A stretch of DNA of 64,000 bases, from contig OZ253669.1 in NCBI GenBank assembly GCA_965263375.1, positions 1,038,282-1,102,281 of the forward strand. The letters run 5' to 3'. The notes beneath the pieces are model-generated. The model was not told the origin of the DNA. It saw only the letters and a list, made by a program, of their open reading frames with translations, and did not search any database. Made by a program: the position numbers and the translations under genes. The stretch is from Parvularculaceae bacterium. GTDB taxonomy: Bacteria; Pseudomonadota; Alphaproteobacteria; Caulobacterales; Parvularculaceae. This document shows positions 1 through 9,628 of the stretch, piece after piece. Position 1 is the first letter of the stretch, and the number at the start of each line of letters is the position of its first letter.

Positions 1-105
1 AAGAACGTCAACATCACCGCCGATAGCAAGGGCGGCTGTCACAGTTTTGTTTGTTGTTTCGTCGAGTGAGTTTCCGTGTACGTCTGCAATAACCAGGATC
101 GCCAT
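1..105 (-). CDS. etfA: electron transfer flavoprotein alpha subunit, N-terminal fragment (gene runs off the left edge)
   Basis: Reverse translation from ATG at 105..103 gives MAILVIADVHGNSLDETTNKTVTAALAIGGDVDVL, an EtfA-like N-terminus. It starts 1 nt after the etfB stop, matching the usual etfB-etfA order. Confidence 0.75.
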   Translation of the reverse strand, partial: MAILVIADVHGNSLDETTNKTVTAALAIGGDVDVL

Positions 106-106
106 C

Positions 107-856
107 TTATAAAACTCCCGCTTCGTTCTTTAATTTGTCAACAAGTTCTGAGACGCTTTCAACGATTACGCCAGCTTCGCGAGCGGCTGGTTCCGTTACT
201 TTTAGAACCTCTAGGCGTGGTGCGATGTCGACGCCAAAATCAGCAACTTCTTTGACATCAAGCGGTTTTTTCTTTGCCTTCATGATATTCGGCAATGAGG
301 CGTAACGGGGCTCGTTCAAGCGAAGGTCCGTTGTAACAATTGCGGGCAGTTTCAACGCAACTGTCTGTAAGCCGCCGTCAATCTCGCGGGTGACATTGAG
401 CGTATCACCCTCTTTTTCGACTTTTGAAGCAAAAGTACCTTGCCCCCATCCAAGAAGGGCGGCGAGCATTTGGCCCGTTTGGTTGCTGTCATCATCGATG
501 GCTTGTTTACCTAGAATCGCTAATTCTGGTTTTTCTTCTTCGATGATAGATTTAAGAATTTTAGCGACACCAAGCGGTTCGACTTCCTGGTCCGTTTTGA
601 CAAGAATGCCGCGATCAGCGCCAACGGCTAAAGCTTGGCGTATTTGGTCTTGCGCTTTTTCAGGGCCGATAGAAACGACGACGATCTCGCTTGCAATGCC
701 AGCTTCCTTAAGGCGAACGGCTTCTTCAACGGCGATTTCATCAAAAGGGTTCATCGACATTTTGACGTTGGCTAGGTCAACGCCGGTTTCGTCTGCTTTA
801 ACGCGTACTTTGACATTGTAGTCAATTACACGTTTGACAGGGACGAGAACTTTCAT
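107..856 (-). CDS. etfB: electron transfer flavoprotein beta subunit
   Basis: 249 aa. [19 protein letters not shown]...[16 protein letters not shown]... is the classic EtfB N-terminus, and the protein is full length. Confidence 0.93.
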   Translation of the reverse strand: MKVLVPVKRVIDYNVKVRVKADETGVDLANVKMSMNPFDEIAVEEAVRLKEAGIASEIVVVSIGPEKAQDQIRQALAVGADRGILVKTDQEVEPLGVAKILKSIIEEEKPELAILGKQAIDDDSNQTGQMLAALLGWGQGTFASKVEKEGDTLNVTREIDGGLQTVALKLPAIVTTDLRLNEPRYASLPNIMKAKKKPLDVKEVADFGVDIAPRLEVLKVTEPAAREAGVIVESVSELVDKLKNEAGVL

Positions 857-1049
857 AGAGGGGCTCCAGTCGGGTTAAAAGCAATTAAATTGGCGCAGCA
901 CGCCAGGGTAGTGGATCGTCTAAAGAAGACGAAATGGTGAATTTGCTCGGGACCTTACCGGTCCAATTATTCACATTCAACACGCTAAAACAGTGAGTTT
1001 GTTTTTGACGCAGAAGAGTTGATCAAGCAGTAACCTATTATTTAGCCTA

Positions 1050-1253
1050 CTAAGATCCGTTTGTACTTAGCCATAAGAAGAGCATCATAAGTGCGATTGC
1101 GATAGCTTGGGCGGAAACACGCATGCGCATAAGTTTATTCCCGTTTTCTTTTGCAAACGCACCCCCGCGGGCAAGGGAATAGATGCCAACAAAAAGAATA
1201 ATCGCCGTTGCAGCCAAGGCAAATGGGATCAAGAAGAATAAAAAGGCGCTCAT
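1050..1253 (-). CDS. twin transmembrane helix small protein (HIG1-like)
   Basis: 67 aa with two hydrophobic helices separated by ARGG..KENGNKLMRMRV. Resembles the small alphaproteobacterial HIG1-domain proteins. Confidence 0.55.
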   Translation of the reverse strand: MSAFLFFLIPFALAATAIILFVGIYSLARGGAFAKENGNKLMRMRVSAQAIAIALMMLFLWLSTNGS

Positions 1254-1325
1254 AATACGCTCCTATGAAAGGTGGAGATGTGCGGTTGTACTTAAACGTT
1301 TGTACGAATGCGAGGTTTTCGCGGA

Positions 1326-3125
1326 TTAAGGGCGAAAAGCCGCATCTTGATGCAAGGTATCCGCATCCGCCCTTCCAAGGCCATTGATACCGGCTAAAAA
1401 CGCGCGAATATCAGCATCTGCCGGTCTTTCAACACCAAGCCCGCCATGCTCAGGTTTTGCGGCCATGGGCGCTTTTAATTCATCCGCGGTGAAGTCCATG
1501 CGGATATCATAAGTGCGCTCAGCTTGGTTACGAAGATAACGTTGCGCAGCGTACCATTTATCTTTGTCGAGGTCATCGGTGCAGCTAGCAAGCTCTGCCC
1601 CCTTGGCGCCCCAACGCCGTTCTGGACAATGGAATGGATCAAAGGACAGATCAAAAAGGCGGTCCATAACATGACCCAGGTTTAGCTTTACACGAACCCC
1701 ATCCGATTTTTTGTATTTGATCTGACAGGCGTCTTTTTCTTCGTTAAAGGCCTTCCAAAGATCTCCCGAGAGATCATTCCCACCATATGTGAAGGCCGGG
1801 TCGCCAGCCAGAGCACGGCGATAATTGTCCTCGACCGTGCGGCGCAGCTCAATAAAGCTGACTTTCAATCGGGCATCGCGGGAAGGCGTGGAATAAGCCT
1901 CCCAACTGCCATAAGCGCCGTAAATATTTTGCGGCAGGCGCGTTGGATGGGGTTTTAGCGGCATTTTTGCGGCGACAGCGCGGTCAACCGCTACTTTGCG
2001 CGCTTTAATATCGGTGCAAATCGCGCGAAGGCCGTGGCGCAACTCGTCAACCGGGTTATAGGCGAAATCCGGCGCGGCGAGCTTGCGGCGAACGTAATCG
2101 TAGTAAGTGAGCATGCGCCCAGCGAAGCGGAATTCCCCAAACCGCCAGTCCCCGCTGGGGTGTGGAGTGTTGCCGATATATTGCTCAACAGAAAAGTCAG
2201 CGATGTCTTTATTGGCCGCCGCCCGGATGACGCCGCCTTTGTACGACCCGTCATCCGCCTTTGTTGCGCCATGGAGATGAATAGGCCGCCACGCTTTTAA
2301 TCCAGCGCCAAGCGATGGCTTTGAACGCATAAAGTTTGGGCCATAGACGGTGCGTGTGACTGAGTTATCCGGGTGTGATGCGACAATCATCACCCGCCCA
2401 TCGCGCTTCACGTCATAGACGATGCCAACATGGCCAAAGATGTCATAAGCGATGACGCCTGGGCGTATGGCGTCACGGTTGATCGCAACGGGATAAAAAT
2501 CATCGAATAATTTTCGGTCGCCAAGGTCTGGGTGCGTGCGGAACATGGCGGTTGAAACCTCGCCCCCTATACGCCCAATAAAAGAGGGCGCAGATATAGG
2601 CGTCGATCCGACGGCGTTTCGTCGGGCGTAAACTTTATTGCCATTAGTAGAATAGCGCAGGTCTTCTAATGCGCCGTCGGCGGTGCGCATCTCGCTTTGG
2701 TATGAGAAGACTAAACCGTTTTTCCACGCGTAATATGCGCGTAAGATATAGGCCATATCAGCGCAATCGCCCGAAAAGCTGCGCTTGTCTGATTCGCGGT
2801 AAGGGTTCGCCGGATCGCGCAAACATTCCCAAAGGGTTTTACACTTAGAATTACCGATGGCGGCGACAAAGGCCGAATAGCCAGCTTCGTCTTCTTTATC
2901 CCAGTCTGGTTTATAGATCTTCCACTGGGCGCCATTATTGACGATTTCTGGAATTTTGAGTGTTTGTTCTGCGTGGCTTGCGGAAACATTCGCCAAGTTC
3001 GCGCTTGCGCCAAAGATGGCTGCGCCGCCAAGCATTAAAGCCCGGGCGGCTATAGCGGACTTGCGCCCTCGATGGGCGAGTCTCCCCGCAAAATTGGATA
3101 CCAACTCAAACGCTCGCATATGCAA
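1326..3125 (-). CDS. secreted hypothetical protein, possible papain-like (NlpC/P60-type) Cys/His fold
   Basis: 599-aa ORF with a signal-like N-terminus (ALMLGGAAIFGASANLANVSASHA). The only clues are a Cys motif (GDCADMAY) and a later His motif (FGHVGIVYD). Start codon uncertain. Confidence 0.5.
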   Translation of the reverse strand: MHMRAFELVSNFAGRLAHRGRKSAIAARALMLGGAAIFGASANLANVSASHAEQTLKIPEIVNNGAQWKIYKPDWDKEDEAGYSAFVAAIGNSKCKTLWECLRDPANPYRESDKRSFSGDCADMAYILRAYYAWKNGLVFSYQSEMRTADGALEDLRYSTNGNKVYARRNAVGSTPISAPSFIGRIGGEVSTAMFRTHPDLGDRKLFDDFYPVAINRDAIRPGVIAYDIFGHVGIVYDVKRDGRVMIVASHPDNSVTRTVYGPNFMRSKPSLGAGLKAWRPIHLHGATKADDGSYKGGVIRAAANKDIADFSVEQYIGNTPHPSGDWRFGEFRFAGRMLTYYDYVRRKLAAPDFAYNPVDELRHGLRAICTDIKARKVAVDRAVAAKMPLKPHPTRLPQNIYGAYGSWEAYSTPSRDARLKVSFIELRRTVEDNYRRALAGDPAFTYGGNDLSGDLWKAFNEEKDACQIKYKKSDGVRVKLNLGHVMDRLFDLSFDPFHCPERRWGAKGAELASCTDDLDKDKWYAAQRYLRNQAERTYDIRMDFTADELKAPMAAKPEHGGLGVERPADADIRAFLAGINGLGRADADTLHQDAAFRP

Positions 3126-3306
3126 TATATTAACAAGCTCTTAACGCAAAATGTAGGCTTGTCTCGCAAAATGACGAATTTTTGAGGAGGAAGCGTTGCC
3201 GGAAGGCCGCGCTTATAGGCTTCTGGCTCACTTGACCGCAAGGCGGACCGCGCTTAGAGCCATGCGAGAACTAAAAACGCCTGTAAAGACAAGTCTGTGA
3301 CACGCT

Positions 3307-4242
3307 ATGGATGAAAAGAAGAAAACCTCCTTTCAAGGGCTGATTCTAACCTTGCAAAACTATTGGGCTGAACGGGGCTGCGTGCTTCTGCAACCCTATG
3401 ACATGGAAATGGGGGCGGGCACTTTTCACCCGGCGACGACCCTGCGTGCGCTTGGGCCAAAACCGTGGAAGGCGGCTTATGTTCAACCTTGCCGTCGCCC
3501 GACCGATGGGCGCTATGGCGCGAACCCGAACCGTTTCCAACACTATTACCAGTTCCAAGTGGTCTTGAAGCCAAGTCCGGACAATATTCAAGAGCTATAT
3601 CTCGGCTCCCTTGACGCCATAGGCGTTGATCGGTCTATCCATGACATTCGGTTTGTGGAGGATGATTGGGAAAGCCCGACGCTTGGCGCCTGGGGCCTTG
3701 GCTGGGAGGTTTGGTGCGACGGCATGGAAGTCACCCAGTTTACATATTTTCAACAAGTTGGCGGTTTTGAGTGCAAACCTGTAACGGGCGAGATTACATA
3801 CGGTCTTGAGCGACTCGCCATGTATGTCCAAGGGGTCGATAATGGCTATGATCTAGACTTTAATGGCGCCGAAGGCGAAGACGCGATGACTTATGGCGAT
3901 GTGTTCCACCAACAGGAAGTTGAGTTTTCCGCCTATAATTTTGAAATAGCGAACACGGATGACTTGTTTGATCAATTTAAAGAGGCCGAGGCTGCGTGCC
4001 TGGCGATTTTAAAAACAGGTGAAGAAAAAGGCCGCCCCGTGCCGCTGCCTGCTTATGATCAGTGCATAAAAGCCAGCCATCTGTTCAATTTGCTTGATGC
4101 GCGCGGTGTGATCTCTGTTGCTGAACGCCAATCCTATATTTTGCGTGTGCGGACATTGGCCAAAGCCTGCTGCGCCGAATGGCTTGACAGCCCCCAAGGG
4201 CGCACCGAAGGTGCCGGCGTTGTCGATTATGAGGCGGTTTAG
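3307..4242 (+). CDS. glyQ: glycine--tRNA ligase alpha subunit
   Basis: 311 aa. [62 protein letters not shown] and [16 protein letters not shown] are near-identical to canonical GlyQ blocks. Confidence 0.95.
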   Translation: MDEKKKTSFQGLILTLQNYWAERGCVLLQPYDMEMGAGTFHPATTLRALGPKPWKAAYVQPCRRPTDGRYGANPNRFQHYYQFQVVLKPSPDNIQELYLGSLDAIGVDRSIHDIRFVEDDWESPTLGAWGLGWEVWCDGMEVTQFTYFQQVGGFECKPVTGEITYGLERLAMYVQGVDNGYDLDFNGAEGEDAMTYGDVFHQQEVEFSAYNFEIANTDDLFDQFKEAEAACLAILKTGEEKGRPVPLPAYDQCIKASHLFNLLDARGVISVAERQSYILRVRTLAKACCAEWLDSPQGRTEGAGVVDYEAV

Positions 4243-4351
4243 TCAGGCTTGGAAGGTGAGTTAAGGGAGCGGCTCATCCAAAAAAGGGATAATTTCGGCA
4301 AGTAGAAATTATGAAACCCCAGGTTTTTGCAAGCCCCCCTAAGGAATTATT

Positions 4352-4726
4352 ATGGAACATATTTTGCTCGCTGCGGCTTCTTTATTGTGCGTTATTTCTG
4401 CGTTCATTCATTCATATGTGGGTGAAAAGAAGTTAATTGCGCCCGTCATCAGCTCTAAGCATGGCGTATTGACGGATCCGTTGGCCAGGCAGGTGATGCG
4501 TTTTGCCTGGCATTGGACAAGTCTGTTATGGGTGTCGGTCGCAGCCTATCTGGCATTTGCCGCACAAGGACAGATTGTTCATCGCCCCCTTTTGTTGGGC
4601 ATCGGATTTATCCATTTGATCACAGGGCTCGTTGACGGTGTATTCACCCGCGGCAAACACATAGGCTGGCCCCCGATAACATTGATCGGCGTATTGGTGT
4701 TGGCGGCGTGTTTAGCCATTGATTAA
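4352..4726 (+). CDS. hypothetical integral membrane protein (about 4 TM)
   Basis: 124-aa ORF with four hydrophobic segments. No recognisable family. Confidence 0.5.
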   Translation: MEHILLAAASLLCVISAFIHSYVGEKKLIAPVISSKHGVLTDPLARQVMRFAWHWTSLLWVSVAAYLAFAAQGQIVHRPLLLGIGFIHLITGLVDGVFTRGKHIGWPPITLIGVLVLAACLAID

Positions 4727-4845
4727 GTCTTGTATTGCGGCGGTCTGACCGCTCAGAACGGTGCGCTGACCACATATTCTTGCTGTGGGCTTTAAAGCGG
4801 CTTATCACTTTGGTGAAGTCAATTTTGAGGGGTAACCTTGGCCGC

Positions 4846-5283
4846 ATGATGAATGCGCTTCAGCTCCTGATGCCAGTTTTATTTCCATCCTGGCGGTTCT
4901 TTCCTGAGGTCGGGCCTTCACCGCGCATTGAGTATATGCTTTTAAGTCGAGCTGATGACAAACAATCAGCATGGGCGCAATTTTGTCCCCACCCTGAAAG
5001 CCTCTCGTTTTTCCAATCCGCTAAAGGTCTTTTGTGGAACCCTGAGCGTAATAGGGCTTTGTTCCTAGTCACTTGCTCTGAACAGTTTTTAGCGAATGAC
5101 TCAAAGCCTGCTCTGGAGCACCTTGTTGCGCTGGTGCGGGCAGGGTTGATGAATGAGAATGCGGTTGAGCATGATTATTTTCAATTCCGCTTGATGGTTA
5201 TCTTCCGCGAAGGGGACGAACTTGAACGCGAGGAAGTCTATCGCTCCTCCGTGATGCCCTTAAAAGAAGGCGCGATCACGTGA
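4846..5283 (+). CDS. hypothetical protein
   Basis: I prefer the ATG at 4846 (MMNALQLLMP...), which has a GAGGGG about 14 nt upstream. Its 3' end overlaps the next ORF by 4 nt (GTGA), suggesting an operon. Confidence 0.4.
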   Translation: MMNALQLLMPVLFPSWRFFPEVGPSPRIEYMLLSRADDKQSAWAQFCPHPESLSFFQSAKGLLWNPERNRALFLVTCSEQFLANDSKPALEHLVALVRAGLMNENAVEHDYFQFRLMVIFREGDELEREEVYRSSVMPLKEGAIT

Positions 5284-5966
5284 CTGTTGATTTCGCCGTT
5301 CGGCTTACCGAAATTTTGCTGGGTATTGCTCTTGTTCAGCAATGTGCTGAATATTCCGTATTATTACCCCGGCACCGTTTGGTTGTTGCTGTGCGACTGC
5401 TTTTCAGCGGGCTTCTTATTGTCGGCGTTGCCCCAGTGGCCGCGACCTCAGCCTTGATTATAATTGGCCTTTGGCTGCTCATAAAATTTAACGGGCCATA
5501 TAACGGTGGCAGTGATCGTATGAGCCTGCTTGTCTTGATATGCTTGTGGGGTGCGCATTTAGCGCCGAACCAATATTGGCGAGAGATCGCGTTTGCATAT
5601 CTGGCCTTGCAGCTTGTTCTTTCCTATTTTCTATCGGGGGCGGTAAAAATTGTGAAAGCTGACTGGCGAAATGGCAGGGCCTTGCGCGATGTGTTTTTGT
5701 TTTCAGCCTATCCAGTGGCGGAAGCAACGCGCAAATGGGCTGACAGTCCGCGGCTTTTATTTGTGATGTCTTGGGCCGTCATGCTTTTTGAGCTTATTTT
5801 TCCGGTCGTGATTGTGTCTCAGGCTGCATTACTCATTGCACTGTTCTTTGCATTCGTCTTCCACTTATCCAATGCGTATTTTTTCGGATTGAACCGGTTC
5901 GTTTGGGCCTGGGGTGCGGCGTATCCCTCATTGCTCTGGTTTCAGGGAAAGATGTTCCCCGGTTAG
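5280..5966 (+). CDS. hypothetical polytopic membrane protein (possibly HTTM-like)
   Basis: 228 aa with multiple TM segments, coupled to the preceding ORF. The family assignment is only a guess. Confidence 0.5.
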   Translation: MTVDFAVRLTEILLGIALVQQCAEYSVLLPRHRLVVAVRLLFSGLLIVGVAPVAATSALIIIGLWLLIKFNGPYNGGSDRMSLLVLICLWGAHLAPNQYWREIAFAYLALQLVLSYFLSGAVKIVKADWRNGRALRDVFLFSAYPVAEATRKWADSPRLLFVMSWAVMLFELIFPVVIVSQAALLIALFFAFVFHLSNAYFFGLNRFVWAWGAAYPSLLWFQGKMFPG

Positions 5967-5979
5967 TCGTTGTTCTCCC

Positions 5980-6423
5980 TTATGTTTTCTTAGGAATGCC
6001 GGGAAGGCCAAAAATAGCGAGTTGTAGGCTTTGTGCGATACGCTCTGCACGCTCCATAAAGTAATTTACAACGGCGGGGGAAGGAGCGGTGTCCTCAAGG
6101 GTCTGGCGGAATAGCGCAAGCCAAATAGAAAAATGCCAGTCTTTTACTCCGTCTAACTGTTGATGTTTGGGGACAGGTTTGCCGGAATAACGCCCCGCGT
6201 TTAATGCGACTGAGGCCCAAAAATCCTTCATTCGCGCCAAATGCGGATCCCATTCGTCGCCAATCGCTTTTTCAAAGATTGGACCGATCAGCGTGTTTTC
6301 GCGTATCCGCTCATAAAAAGTATCGACCAATAGGGAAATATATTCATCATCAATCCCCATCTTGGAAGCGTTTAATTGAACTTGCTGTCTTCGTTCATCA
6401 GCTAATTGGATAGGGCCGCCCAT
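5980..6423 (-). CDS. group III truncated haemoglobin
   Basis: 147 aa. The FYERIRE..LIGPIF..AIG.EW..HL.RMKDFW....GRYSGKP..KH ... WLALF ... RAERIAQS pattern matches Ctb-like group III trHb as I recall it. Confidence 0.75.
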   Translation of the reverse strand: MGGPIQLADERRQQVQLNASKMGIDDEYISLLVDTFYERIRENTLIGPIFEKAIGDEWDPHLARMKDFWASVALNAGRYSGKPVPKHQQLDGVKDWHFSIWLALFRQTLEDTAPSPAVVNYFMERAERIAQSLQLAIFGLPGIPKKT

Positions 6424-6863
6424 TATGCAACTTCCTCAAACAATAGTTTGTGCAGTTTTGTGTTTCGCTGGGTGAGTTGTTGAATGGTGTACTGATCTAA
6501 GACAAATAGAAATGCTTCTAGTGCTTCTGCTAGCACATTTTTTAACGCACAAGCTGGGGTAATAAGACACCCACCATCCCCGCCTTGAAAGCACTCTACG
6601 ATCGCAAGATCCGCCTCAGTCGCACGGACGATTTCTCCAACAACTAATTGTGACGCTGGTTTGGCAAGGCGCATGCCGCCTGTCCGCCCACGCACTGTTT
6701 CTATTACCCCTTCCTTACCGAGCAGGTGAGCAACTTTCATTAAGTGGTTTTTCGAAATCTGATATCGCTCCGCAACATCAGCGATCGTCACCAATTTATC
6801 GTCGTTTACCGCCAAATGCATAAGTAGGCGTAGGGCATAGTCTGATTGTACATTCAGCCGCAT
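6423..6863 (-). CDS. nsrR: Rrf2-family transcriptional regulator, NsrR-like
   Basis: 146 aa. MRLNVQSDYALRLLMHLA...ISKNHLMKVAHLLGKEG.IETVRGRTGGMRLA is a typical Rrf2 wHTH. A Cys cluster (ECF..GGDGGCLITPAC) could ligate Fe-S. The stop overlaps the trHb start by 1 nt. Confidence 0.85.
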   Translation of the reverse strand: MRLNVQSDYALRLLMHLAVNDDKLVTIADVAERYQISKNHLMKVAHLLGKEGVIETVRGRTGGMRLAKPASQLVVGEIVRATEADLAIVECFQGGDGGCLITPACALKNVLAEALEAFLFVLDQYTIQQLTQRNTKLHKLLFEEVA

Positions 6864-6875
6864 GGGGCCTCCTAA

Positions 6876-6898
6876 AAGATGTATTTTATATATTGATT
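6876..6898. promoter_or_regulatory. candidate NsrR/Rrf2 operator in the nsrR / 6935-ORF divergent region
   Basis: AAGATGTATTTTATATATTGATT. The left half matches the AAGATGCATTT half-site I recall for NsrR boxes; the right half is poorer. It lies 13 nt upstream of the nsrR start. Confidence 0.35.
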
Positions 6899-6934
6899 TA
6901 TGGCCGATGCTGCAATATATAAGGTGTATATAAA

Positions 6935-7417
6935 ATGCATATTAAAGGATTGGCCATGTACGCGCAACAGTTAAATCCGATTGAACCTGCTGTTTTTCAA
7001 GCTGAATTAGATAGCCTCCGCGAGGAAAACACACGACCAAAGCTGACAGTCGTTGAGAATGTCTCAATAAATAATACCAGCTTGCCGGGCTCGCTGTTTA
7101 AACTTTTTGCGGCGGTCAATGCCGCAATATTAGGGGTTTTCTGGATGATATTCTCAGGGGACAAGGGCGCACTGTTTATGGTCACGATTAGCGGCGTTTA
7201 CTTGGCCGCCTATTTGGGAACACCCTATGTAATGACCCGGATTGGTCATATCGATGCGCCAAATAACTCTTCTTTTACTTCCTTTCTGAATGAGCCGTTT
7301 GAAACATGGACAGGCCTGATCAGCGGGCGCGATGCGGCCTTGCAAGTTCTCTTAATCCCAACCGCTATCTTAATAACAGTTACTGGCATTGCCCTTATTA
7401 TTGCGAGGGTTCAGTAA
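6935..7417 (+). CDS. hypothetical membrane protein
   Basis: 160-aa ORF divergent from nsrR, with three hydrophobic segments. The start may be the internal M at 6956. Confidence 0.5.
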   Translation: MHIKGLAMYAQQLNPIEPAVFQAELDSLREENTRPKLTVVENVSINNTSLPGSLFKLFAAVNAAILGVFWMIFSGDKGALFMVTISGVYLAAYLGTPYVMTRIGHIDAPNNSSFTSFLNEPFETWTGLISGRDAALQVLLIPTAILITVTGIALIIARVQ

Positions 7418-7442
7418 TCTTACGGTCTTAGCGATTAGCAAT

Positions 7443-7472
7443 AAAAAGCCCCGCGAGTGGCGGGGCTTTTTA
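7443..7472. terminator. bidirectional rho-independent terminator
   Basis: AAAAAGCCCCGC-GAGTG-GCGGGGCTTTTT hairpin flanked by an A-run and a T-run, between convergent genes (6935-ORF and sdhA). Confidence 0.75.
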
Positions 7473-7495
7473 ATTTGTTGCTCGTGTTGAAAGGT

Positions 7496-9283
7496 TTAGT
7501 AAACCCGAGCTTTCGGTTTTACATATTCCATTTCATCCGTCAGCGTATAGTCATGCACCGGACGGTAATCGATGGTCGCCGCGCCATTTGAGAACCAAGA
7601 AGCGGTGTGTTTCATCCAATTGGCGTCATCGCGATCAGGGAAGTCTTCACGGGCGTGGGCACCGCGGCTTTCCGTGCGGTTCGCGGCTGATTCCATTGTG
7701 ACAACCGCTTGACCGATCATATTGTCGAATTCAAGGGTTTCAACAAGGTCAGTGTTCCAGATCATTGTGCGGTCTTTAACACCGATTTCAGGCATGCGGT
7801 TATAAACGTCTTTAATCAGCTTGCGGCCTTCTTCAAGAACTTCGCCTGTTCTAAAGACAGCACAATTATTCTGCATCACCCGTTGCATTTCTGCGCGTAG
7901 CTCAGCGGTTGGCGTTGAGCCTTTAGCATAGCGGAAGCGATCAAGGCGGGAGAGGGCTTCCTCACCTGCATTTTTTGGCAAGTCTTTGTTGGACGATTTG
8001 CCGTCAACAATATCACCGCAACGAAGGCCCGCTGCGCGCCCAAAGACAACAAGGTCAATAAGCGAGTTTGAGCCAAGACGGTTCGCACCGTGAACAGATA
8101 CGCAAGCCGCTTCGCCGATTGCCATTAGGCCAGGCGCAACCGCGTCTGCGTCCTCACCGCGTTTAGTGACAACCTCGCCATGGAAGTTCGTCGGGATGCC
8201 GCCCATATTGTAATGAACCGTTGGAATGACCGGGATCGGCTCTTTCGTGACGTCAACGCCAGCAAAGACGCGGGCAGATTCTGAAATACCAGGCAGGCGT
8301 TCAGCAAGGATCTTTGGATCTAAGTGGTTCAAGTGAAGGTGGATGTGGTCTTTATTCGGGCCAACACCGCGACCTTCGCGAATCTCAATCGTCATGGAAC
8401 GGGAGACAACATCGCGGGAGGCAAGGTCTTTCGCGGATGGCGCATAGCGCTCCATAAAGCGCTCACCCTCAGAATTGGTGAGATAGCCGCCTTCACCGCG
8501 TGCTCCTTCAGTGATGAGAACGCCAGCGCCATAAATTCCCGTTGGGTGGAATTGGACAAATTCCATATCTTGTAAAGGAAGCCCAGCGCGCAGCACCATT
8601 GCGTTGCCGTCGCCAGTACAAGTGTGAGCAGATGTGCAAGAGAAGTAAACGCGTCCGTACCCGCCCGTTGCGAGCACCACCATTTTTGCGTTGAAACGGT
8701 GTATCGTGCCGTCATCAAGCTTCCAAGCGATCAGGCCTTGGCACTCGCCTTCGTCATTCATGATGAGATCAAGGGCAAAATATTCAATAAAGAACTGCGC
8801 ATTCTGCTTAACAGACTGACCATAAAGCGTGTGAAGGATCGCGTGACCGGTCCGGTCAGCGGCGGCGCATGTGCGCTGAACTTGGCCTTCGCCATAATTT
8901 CGGGTCATGCCGCCAAAGGCGCGTTGGTAGATTTTGCCTTCTTCTGTGCGAGAAAAAGGAACGCCCCAGTGTTCTAGTTCGTAAACAGCTGCTGGCGCAT
9001 TTTTGCAAAGATATTCGATCGCATCTTGGTCACCGAGCCAGTCAGAACCCTTGACGGTGTCATACATATGCCAGCGCCAGTCATCTTCGCCCATATTGCC
9101 AAGAGAGGCGGAAATCCCGCCCTGAGCCGCTACCGTGTGGGATCGGGTCGGAAAAACCTTTGTTACGCAGGCTGTTTTAAGCCCAGCTTGCGCTGCGCCA
9201 AGGGTAGCGCGAAGCCCTGCGCCGCCGGCGCCGACAACGACGACGTCATAATTATGGTCGATGATTTCATAAGCGTTGGACAT
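7496..9283 (-). CDS. sdhA: succinate dehydrogenase flavoprotein subunit
   Basis: 595 aa. N-terminal FAD fold ([14 protein letters not shown]), [14 protein letters not shown] and the C-terminal RGAHARED are canonical SdhA blocks. Confidence 0.95.
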   Translation of the reverse strand: MSNAYEIIDHNYDVVVVGAGGAGLRATLGAAQAGLKTACVTKVFPTRSHTVAAQGGISASLGNMGEDDWRWHMYDTVKGSDWLGDQDAIEYLCKNAPAAVYELEHWGVPFSRTEEGKIYQRAFGGMTRNYGEGQVQRTCAAADRTGHAILHTLYGQSVKQNAQFFIEYFALDLIMNDEGECQGLIAWKLDDGTIHRFNAKMVVLATGGYGRVYFSCTSAHTCTGDGNAMVLRAGLPLQDMEFVQFHPTGIYGAGVLITEGARGEGGYLTNSEGERFMERYAPSAKDLASRDVVSRSMTIEIREGRGVGPNKDHIHLHLNHLDPKILAERLPGISESARVFAGVDVTKEPIPVIPTVHYNMGGIPTNFHGEVVTKRGEDADAVAPGLMAIGEAACVSVHGANRLGSNSLIDLVVFGRAAGLRCGDIVDGKSSNKDLPKNAGEEALSRLDRFRYAKGSTPTAELRAEMQRVMQNNCAVFRTGEVLEEGRKLIKDVYNRMPEIGVKDRTMIWNTDLVETLEFDNMIGQAVVTMESAANRTESRGAHAREDFPDRDDANWMKHTASWFSNGAATIDYRPVHDYTLTDEMEYVKPKARVY

Positions 9284-9295
9284 GCAAAATCCTTT

Positions 9296-9628
9296 TTAAG
9301 CAGCAGCGTTCGCAAATAACGACCACCATGTCGCTATTGTTACGCTGATAGCGACTGCCCAGTTCAATGTGTTAAGAAGGCCGTTTATTTCGCCGTGGAT
9401 ATAGTCTTCAATAATTTCCATCATGCCGATACGCATATGGAAGGCGCCGACGGTCACCATCACGCCTAGCAATAACATATTTAGCGGCTTGGCCGCCCAT
9501 GCGCGGGCTTCCAGATAGCTATCGCCAGCATGGGCGACGACGCTGAATAGAAACCACAAAACAAGCGGCGCTAGCAAAATAGCGGTTGCGCGCTGATAGA
9601 CAAATGTAGATGTGCCTTTATTCGACAT
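9296..9628 (-). CDS. sdhD: succinate dehydrogenase membrane anchor subunit
   Basis: Internal ATG at 9628 (MSNKGTSTFVYQRATAILLAP...) overlaps the sdhC stop by 1 nt. About 110 aa with 3 TM, positioned between sdhC and sdhA. Confidence 0.8.
   Translation of the reverse strand: MSNKGTSTFVYQRATAILLAPLVLWFLFSVVAHAGDSYLEARAWAAKPLNMLLLGVMVTVGAFHMRIGMMEIIEDYIHGEINGLLNTLNWAVAISVTIATWWSLFANAAA

Noticed and set aside
390-821. 143-aa + strand ORF inside etfB
   Set aside because: It lies entirely antisense to a strongly conserved etfB. Its S/A/R-rich translation is typical of antisense frames, and it has no RBS or family resemblance.
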